From: Candidatus Taenaricola geysiri | Lineage (GTDB): Bacteria; Omnitrophota; Gorgyraeia; Taenaricolales; Taenaricolaceae | Length of the DNA: 33,592 nt | Assembly: GCA_002781985.1 (NCBI GenBank) | Contig: PFGP01000107.1 | Location: 20,011-53,602 of the forward strand | Reading direction: 5' to 3' | In this document: in pieces, positions 27,937 through 33,592 of the stretch | Position numbering within the stretch: the stretch's first letter is position 1 | Layout: the number at the start of each line of letters is the position of its first letter | Translations under genes and position numbers: made by a program | The notes under the pieces: model-generated | What the model was told of the DNA's origin: nothing | Seen by the model: only the letters and a program-made list of their open reading frames with translations | The model's database searches: none

Positions 27937-30450
27937 ATGAGACTAACAATATTATTATATCTAATATTAATACATATATGGACCAATACATGCTATGCGT
28001 ATCAGTCTTTTGAAAAAGGCAGGGTGAATTTTAGTAAAGAATCCCAGGCTGTTACAGTCAAAGGTGAAGAGGAAAGCCTGGCATTGATAAAAAGACTGTT
28101 GAATGACAAGTTTTATGATGTAGCCATAAGTGAATGTGAGAATTTTTTGCGCAGGTATCCGTTAAGCGTTAATATAAGTCAGGCGCATGTTGTTTTAGGC
28201 CAATGCTATTATCAAAAAGGCAAATTCGCGCAGGCAATATACGAATTCAACACTGTTCTTGAGCGGCCTCAGGCAATACTTGACAGGGAAGACGCGCTTT
28301 ACTGGCTTGGCGAGACATATCTTAAGGCAGGCGATTTGGATAATTGTCTTAATAGTTTCGAGCAATTCATCCAGCAATATCCTGACAGCCGGTACATAGT
28401 GTTCGCTTATTATTCAAAGGGTTGGGCGCTGTTTAATGCGGGTAACTATGTTCAGGCAACAGAGGCCTTTGAAAAGATAGTTTACGATTTTAAAGACAAC
28501 AAACTTGCGCCAGAGGCTTTATTTAAGTCCGCCGAGTGCCTGTATAAAAATAACAGTTTTTTAAGGGCCTTGTCGCAACTGGGCGCGTTTCTGAATAGAT
28601 ATCCTACTTCTGAATTTGCGCCGGCCGCGTATTACTATCTGGGCCAGGTGCAGTATCAGCTCGGCAGGCTTGATGATGCAATAGAAAGTTTTGACAGGTC
28701 AATAGTCATATCCAAGAATCAGCAATACATGTCTCTTTCTTTGTACGCAAAGGCCATAACGTATATAAAATCAGGCGATATGAAAAAGGCATTAAAGTCG
28801 CTTGATGATTTTGACGAAAAATATTATTCGGAATTAATGGCTGATGAGGTTTTATACAGAAAGGCCCAGATATATCTGACGCAGAATGATTATATAAAGG
28901 CCATAGAAGATTTTGACCAGATTATAGACAGGTTCAGTAAAAGCCAGTGGCTTGACGATGCCTATCTGGGTAAGGCATCAGCGCTTTTTGACAGCGGTAA
29001 AAACGATTTAGCCCTGATATGGTACAAAAATCTTATAAAGGTTTTTCCGCAAAGCAAGCTTGCCCCCAAAGCATACTACGCCCTGGGAAATATTTACCAG
29101 GCGCAGGCTGAATACTCTGTCGCGTTTGATAATTTCAGGTTATCTTACGAAACCTCTGATGAAGACGATATCAAGGTAGGGGCTGTGCTTAAGATGGCTG
29201 ATACGCGTATGCTACAAAAGGATTATAAGGCAGCTACAGAGCTTTATGATATAGTCCTTAAAAAATATTCTGAAAACCGGATGATCGATTACGCCCAGTA
29301 TCAGCTTGGCGTTGCGCTGTATCAGATGAAAAATTACCGCGGGTCTATTTTGTCACTGCAGAGCATGATACTGAACTTTCACGATAGTAACCTGATCATA
29401 GAAGCTCAATATCAGCTGGGCCTTGCATATTTTAAGATAGGCGATTACGAAAAGGCAAGGTTTGAATTTTCCAAGGTGCTTAATTCTCAGGCAAAGCATC
29501 TTCATTTTGACGCGCTGCTTCAAACAGGCAATTCTTTTTATAATGATAAGCAGTTTGAGCAGGCGCTTGCCTCTTTTGAAAAGGTAATAAAAAATTATCC
29601 TGGCAGGCCTGATTTATGGAAGGCAAGGTATGAGATAGCATGGTGTTATTACCAGCTGGGAGCTGAAAAAAAGGCGCTTGAGGAATTTACGCTGCTTTTG
29701 GATAAATACCCTGATCTTGAAATCGCTCCGGATATTTCATTCTGGATAGGGCAGTATTTTTATAATCAGGATAAACTTGACAAGGCAAAGGAATATTTTT
29801 TGGGTGTAGTCGAGGGTTTTCCCAAAAGCGATGTCAGGGATCAGGCGTTATACTGGCTGGGCTGGACAAGCTATAAGGCAGCCGATTACAAAAACGCCAT
29901 AAATTGTTTCAAAAGAGTTTCTGTCGAATATCCTGACAGTAACCTTGCAAAAGAATCATTGCTTAATACCGGCCGCATACTAACCGAGCGCGCAGAATAT
30001 GATTCTGCTGTGGCTAAATTCGAAGAGTTGATTCAGAAATCCGAAAGTGGGGCGCTTAAGAAAGCAGCCTATATAAATATAGCTGAAATAATGCGCAGGC
30101 AGAAATTTTACGACAAGGCTATAGAAAATTACAGAAAGGCGCTGACGATAAGCGATAAACAGGCGGATGCGCAGATAAGGCTTGATATTGCTGAGTGCAT
30201 GGAAGCATTAGGCGATAAAAAAGCCGCGGCCAGCGAATACCTGGATATATCTTACGCGTATTCGTATGATTCTGCGATCATGTCAAAGGCGCTTGTAAAA
30301 GCGGCGGAATTATTTAGCGAAAATGGCCAGGCAGAGCCTGCGCGCAGGGCTTATGAGAAGATAGCGCAGTTAAATACAGAAGAGTCTAAACTAGCTCAGC
30401 AGAAATTTAAACAAATACCATTAAAACTGAATGAGGAGGTAGCGAGATGA
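27937..30450 (+). CDS. Exported multi-TPR protein (BamD/CpoB-type repeats)
   Basis: N-terminal signal peptide (..TCYA); recurring units (Y/F)P.S....A.Y..G..YY...Y..A...F along nearly all 837 aa. Confidence 0.9.
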   Translation: MRLTILLYLILIHIWTNTCYAYQSFEKGRVNFSKESQAVTVKGEEESLALIKRLLNDKFYDVAISECENFLRRYPLSVNISQAHVVLGQCYYQKGKFAQAIYEFNTVLERPQAILDREDALYWLGETYLKAGDLDNCLNSFEQFIQQYPDSRYIVFAYYSKGWALFNAGNYVQATEAFEKIVYDFKDNKLAPEALFKSAECLYKNNSFLRALSQLGAFLNRYPTSEFAPAAYYYLGQVQYQLGRLDDAIESFDRSIVISKNQQYMSLSLYAKAITYIKSGDMKKALKSLDDFDEKYYSELMADEVLYRKAQIYLTQNDYIKAIEDFDQIIDRFSKSQWLDDAYLGKASALFDSGKNDLALIWYKNLIKVFPQSKLAPKAYYALGNIYQAQAEYSVAFDNFRLSYETSDEDDIKVGAVLKMADTRMLQKDYKAATELYDIVLKKYSENRMIDYAQYQLGVALYQMKNYRGSILSLQSMILNFHDSNLIIEAQYQLGLAYFKIGDYEKARFEFSKVLNSQAKHLHFDALLQTGNSFYNDKQFEQALASFEKVIKNYPGRPDLWKARYEIAWCYYQLGAEKKALEEFTLLLDKYPDLEIAPDISFWIGQYFYNQDKLDKAKEYFLGVVEGFPKSDVRDQALYWLGWTSYKAADYKNAINCFKRVSVEYPDSNLAKESLLNTGRILTERAEYDSAVAKFEELIQKSESGALKKAAYINIAEIMRRQKFYDKAIENYRKALTISDKQADAQIRLDIAECMEALGDKKAAASEYLDISYAYSYDSAIMSKALVKAAELFSENGQAEPARRAYEKIAQLNTEESKLAQQKFKQIPLKLNEEVAR

Positions 30451-31064
30451 TTGATTGGGTTCAAAAAGGCGGTCCGGTAATGTATCCTATTATATTGTGT
30501 TCTATTCTGGCGTTTACAATTGTTATAGAGCGCCTTTATCATCTGCGCCGCGCAAAGATAGATACAAGAAAATTTATGGATGAAATAGCGAATATATTAA
30601 GACGTAATAAAATAATGGATGCGGTGGAACTTTGTGATAAGACCCCGGGGCCCATACCTTATATTCTTAAGGCCGGTATAATGAAACATGACAGGCCCAG
30701 GGCTGAAATAAAAGAGGCTATAGAAGACGCCGGGCTTTATGAGGTGCCGCGTCTTGAAAAAAACGTAACTGTCTTAGCTACAATAGCGCATATAGCGCCG
30801 TTGTTGGGATTATTGGGCACGGTTACAGGAATGGTAAGATGTTTTCAGACAATACAACAGAAATCAACGGCATTTCATCCTGTAAGCCCTGGTGATCTTG
30901 CAGGCGGTATATGGGAAGCCCTTATCACAACCGTAGCCGGTTTAAGTGTCGGTATACCTACATTGGTCGCTTATAATTATTTTGTCAATAGGATTAGTAA
31001 TTTCGTGTTGGACATGGAAAAGGCCGCGACTGATTTGGTGAATATGCTTACTCAGAAAAAATGA
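30447..31064 (+). CDS. MotA/TolQ/ExbB proton-channel protein
   Basis: GGPVMYPI...IER, APLLGLLGTVTGM, GIWEALITTVAGL; ATGA overlap with the TPR gene. Confidence 0.95.
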   Translation: MIDWVQKGGPVMYPIILCSILAFTIVIERLYHLRRAKIDTRKFMDEIANILRRNKIMDAVELCDKTPGPIPYILKAGIMKHDRPRAEIKEAIEDAGLYEVPRLEKNVTVLATIAHIAPLLGLLGTVTGMVRCFQTIQQKSTAFHPVSPGDLAGGIWEALITTVAGLSVGIPTLVAYNYFVNRISNFVLDMEKAATDLVNMLTQKK

Positions 31065-31095
31065 CGCCGGCTGATACAGCTAGAGGAGGCCAGTA

Positions 31096-31512
31096 ATGTA
31101 TTTTAAATCCGCAAGTAAACTACTAAGGCTGGAAAAAAATTCGTTTACAATTGATATAGCCCCGCTGATAGATGTGGTGTTTCAGCTTTTAATATTTTTT
31201 ATGCTCACGGCAAGCTTTATATTTCAACCCGGAATAAAGATTAACCTGCCCAAGGCTGTTACAAGTGAGGTACTGCACGAACAGAATGTTGTCCTGACAG
31301 TGACTTCTGAAAATCTTATATATATAGATGACAAGGCTGTTACATCAGTGGAATTAAACAGGAAATTGACAAAGGACATAACGTTATCCAAAAAACCGGT
31401 ACTTATAAAAGCCGACAGAAGGGCTTCTTTAGGCAGGGTGGTAGAGGTCTGGGATATATGCAGGGCCGCAGGTATTTCGCAGGTTAATATAGCGACAAAT
31501 TCCCAGGATTAA
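31096..31512 (+). CDS. ExbD/TolR biopolymer transporter
   Basis: IDIAPLIDVVFQLLIFFML containing the conserved Asp, INLPKA, VLIKAD. Confidence 0.95.
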   Translation: MYFKSASKLLRLEKNSFTIDIAPLIDVVFQLLIFFMLTASFIFQPGIKINLPKAVTSEVLHEQNVVLTVTSENLIYIDDKAVTSVELNRKLTKDITLSKKPVLIKADRRASLGRVVEVWDICRAAGISQVNIATNSQD

Positions 31513-31522
31513 GGCAAATGTT

Positions 31523-32197
31523 ATGTTCAGGGACAGGATTTTTAACATCTCTTTTATTATATCGTTTTCGTGGCATGTGTTTTGTATTTTTGCCTTTATA
31601 CTTGTAATAACTCCCGGAGGCCTTACTTTTAATAATTTTCCGCAGACATCTTTTTTGGGAGGCATACTTGAATCAGATATGTTCAGGCCGGATTATAGCA
31701 TGAAATCGTCTTTTATGATAACCCCTTACAAGGAGGATTTTGCCTCGCCGGGTGTTATTTTCGGCCGCAGCGATTATGATATAAATAAATATGTAATGGC
31801 TGACAGCGTTGCGGATAAAGAAGGTTTTTTGGATTTGCCCGGGCAAAAACAGATCCCGGATTTCGTTGTGGCTGCGGGCGGCTCTTTAGAGCCGGTTGCC
31901 AGCCAAAACCACGTCCTTGTTGCGGCCAGTGGTATTATTATTGAAGGCGCTTTGGCGGAAAGAAGAATTGTATATAATCCGCCTTTGGATGAAAAAAATA
32001 TGGTTGCTGATTTTAAGGCGCGCGTTTCAAAAAACGGCATGGTGCAGGGCGTTGAAAGGTTAAGCGCGAGCAGCTCTCTTAAAAATGATATTGCCGCTAT
32101 GAGATATGTAAGGGCGATTTTATTTGCGCCAGTAGACATGGATGCGCCGCAGGAAGGCATAGTCAGGCTCAGGTTTACACAAGATGATAAAGATTGA
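31523..32197 (+). CDS. Divergent TonB/TolA-like energy transducer
   Basis: N-terminal TM helix with SxxxH (SFSWH); the C-terminus VSKNGMVQGV..SASSS..NDIAAMRYVR..LFAP resembles the TonB CTD; no Pro-rich linker. Confidence 0.65.
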   Translation: MFRDRIFNISFIISFSWHVFCIFAFILVITPGGLTFNNFPQTSFLGGILESDMFRPDYSMKSSFMITPYKEDFASPGVIFGRSDYDINKYVMADSVADKEGFLDLPGQKQIPDFVVAAGGSLEPVASQNHVLVAASGIIIEGALAERRIVYNPPLDEKNMVADFKARVSKNGMVQGVERLSASSSLKNDIAAMRYVRAILFAPVDMDAPQEGIVRLRFTQDDKD

Positions 32198-32417
32198 TTT
32201 TGCGCTGGCAGTTTCTTTATATGTAACTTTTTTTTCGATAGGCGTTCTTTTTCTGTGGGTCTATTTGAACAGGAATAAATTTAAAATATATTCCTCAGAT
32301 GAGGTATATATGTGGCAATGCGATGTCTGCACATATGCTTATGTGGACAGTACGCATAAGGAAATTTCAGCCTGCCCTGTATGCGGCAGTTATAATAAGA
32401 GAGGAGTGAAAAAATGA
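32184..32417 (+). CDS. Small membrane protein with a Cys4 zinc-ribbon/rubredoxin-like domain
   Basis: One TM helix followed by WQCDVC...CPVCG; overlaps both neighbouring genes. Confidence 0.75.
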   Translation: MIKIDFALAVSLYVTFFSIGVLFLWVYLNRNKFKIYSSDEVYMWQCDVCTYAYVDSTHKEISACPVCGSYNKRGVKK

Positions 32418-32620
32418 TAACAGAGATAGGTATAGTGGCGGGAGATATATGGCATTACCTGGATTCAAAAAACGGCGAGGCAAATTTTTCAAGCTTGAAG
32501 TCAGGGGTGGACCAGCCTAAAGATTTGCTTCTTATGAGCCTGGGATGGCTTTCCAGGGAAGGTTATGTAGTTTTAGAACAGCTTCAAGGTGATGATTATA
32601 AAATAACATTAAGGAAGTAG
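32414..32620 (+). CDS. Small winged-helix protein (DUF2582-like)
   Basis: IGIVAGDIWHYL...MSLGWLSREG pattern; GAGGAG SD. Confidence 0.75.
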   Translation: MITEIGIVAGDIWHYLDSKNGEANFSSLKSGVDQPKDLLLMSLGWLSREGYVVLEQLQGDDYKITLRK

Positions 32621-32642
32621 TTAATTTGAAAGGAGAGGTTTT

Positions 32643-32909
32643 ATGGAGAAGAGGACGTTTGATGATGAGAAAGTCCCTATTATAGCTCCTCTTAAGGTGC
32701 TGGATCACTGTACGATCGGAAAAAGATTCGGCTGGTGGTCTGCTGTTACCTTAGTGGAGTCATGGGGCAGAAAACAGGTTTGCCTGTATCTATGGCAGAA
32801 GAAAGGCGAAAGGTGGGGCAGGAAACAAAAGTTCGCCATTCATAATCACGAAGAATGGGCCCTGATATCCGAAGCAGTTGAGGGGTTTATCAGCCAGTTA
32901 TCGTCATAG
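32643..32909 (+). CDS. Trp-rich hypothetical protein (possible PC4/YdbC-like fold)
   Basis: AGGAGAGG SD; predicted beta strands rich in Trp/Lys/Arg followed by a C-terminal helix EEWALISEAV. Confidence 0.7.
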   Translation: MEKRTFDDEKVPIIAPLKVLDHCTIGKRFGWWSAVTLVESWGRKQVCLYLWQKKGERWGRKQKFAIHNHEEWALISEAVEGFISQLSS

Positions 32910-32932
32910 AAACAATATAGAGTTTGCCAGGG

Positions 32933-33250
32933 ATGAAAAAATATATAGTTGTGTTTATAACCGCTTCCTGCCTTAAAGAGGCCAGGAAGATAGCGGATGC
33001 CTTGTTATCAAAAAGGCTTGTTGCGTGCGTAAATATTATAAAAGGCGTAGATTCTTTTTTTACCTGGAAGCGTAAAAAAGAACGCGCCAGAGAAATATTG
33101 TTAATAGCAAAAACAGAATTTTCAAAATTTGGTGAAGTTGAAAAACTCGTTAAAAGAAATCATTCCTACGAAACCCCCGAAATAATAGCAATCCCGATAG
33201 TAGCCGGCAGCAAGCAATATCTAAAATGGATAGAAGACTCAGTCAAGTAA
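32933..33250 (+). CDS. cutA: Divalent-cation tolerance protein CutA
   Basis: LVACVNI, SFFTW, LLIAKT, HSYETPEII, YLKWI; start at ATG 32933 (TTG 32924 is an alternative). Confidence 0.95.
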   Translation: MKKYIVVFITASCLKEARKIADALLSKRLVACVNIIKGVDSFFTWKRKKERAREILLIAKTEFSKFGEVEKLVKRNHSYETPEIIAIPIVAGSKQYLKWIEDSVK

Positions 33251-33592
33251 GCGTAAAGCGTATAGCGAAAAGCGCAAAGTTTAAGCGCAAAGTTAAAAAC
33301 GTTTTAAGTTTTAAATTTCAGTTTTGCGTTTTTCGCTTTGCATTTTGCGCTCTCTTTATATTATTTTTTATATCAGGTTGCGCCACGGTTTACAACTCTG
33401 CCACAGGCAGGCAGGAATACAGGTTTATAACTACTTCTGAAGAAGTTAAAATAGGCTCGGATATTGCCAGGCAGATAGAGGCAAGGTTTAAGGTTGTTAA
33501 TGACCCTATAAGACAGGGGCGTTTAAATTATATAGGCCAGCGTTTGTCAGTTGTCTGTGACCGCCAGGATTTGATTCATACATTTAAGATTG
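33226..33592 (+). CDS. Probable M48-family metalloprotease lipoprotein, partial (runs off the window)
   Basis: Open frame from ATG 33226 to the window end: ...LFFISGCATVYNSATGRQEYRFITTSEEVKIG...YIGQRL...DRQDL..TFKI, with a lipobox and an N-terminal pattern typical of M48 lipoproteins. HEXXH lies outside the window. Confidence 0.7.
   Translation, partial: MDRRLSQVSVKRIAKSAKFKRKVKNVLSFKFQFCVFRFAFCALFILFFISGCATVYNSATGRQEYRFITTSEEVKIGSDIARQIEARFKVVNDPIRQGRLNYIGQRLSVVCDRQDLIHTFKI
33247..33352. repeat. Quasi-palindromic heptamer-repeat element
   Basis: Left arm GTAAGCG TAAAGCG TATAGCG AAAAGCG CAAAGTT TAAGCG CAAAGTT; centre AAAAC|GTTTT (33296-33305); right arm TTTTGCG TTTTTCG CTTTGCA TTTTGCG, the reverse-complement type. 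Confidence 0.8.

Noticed and set aside
577-32160. Numerous minus-strand and alternate-frame ORFs in the ORF track
   Set aside because: All overlap confidently identified + strand genes and show no recognisable motifs; they are shadow ORFs.
33247-33352. CRISPR array or tRNA
   Set aside because: The units are 7-mers without spacers, there is no cloverleaf, and no cas genes are in the window.

Overview
A dense housekeeping region, almost entirely coding, with every credible gene on the + strand. It comes from a diderm bacterium; gene content and style suggest a PVC-superphylum or Omnitrophota-like organism, which is inference only. Gene order: rsfS, argS, a very short mfd, two parvulin PPIases, three minor-pilin genes, a B-box/Yip1 membrane protein, rplM-rpsI, then a ~16 kb tightly overlapping biosynthetic run (argCJBDFGH-lysA-dapFAB-dapL-folK-panCD-nadA-nadX). 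After that come a small basic two-repeat protein, uvrA, and an envelope module (long TPR protein, ExbB/TolQ, ExbD/TolR, TonB-like protein, small Cys4 membrane protein, winged-helix protein, unknown protein, CutA, partial M48 lipoprotein). No rRNA, tRNA, CRISPR or transposase was seen. The most notable observations are: (1) palindromic and heptamer repeats sitting in-frame inside housekeeping genes (dapF twice, argC, the M48 signal peptide); (2) a minimal Mfd lacking its autoinhibitory domains; (3) a Ton/Tol-type motor coupled to a giant TPR protein with no TolB/Pal or receptor; (4) a candidate new nucleoid-associated protein; (5) a C-terminally truncated ArgH; (6) a probable ATA start codon for rsfS.
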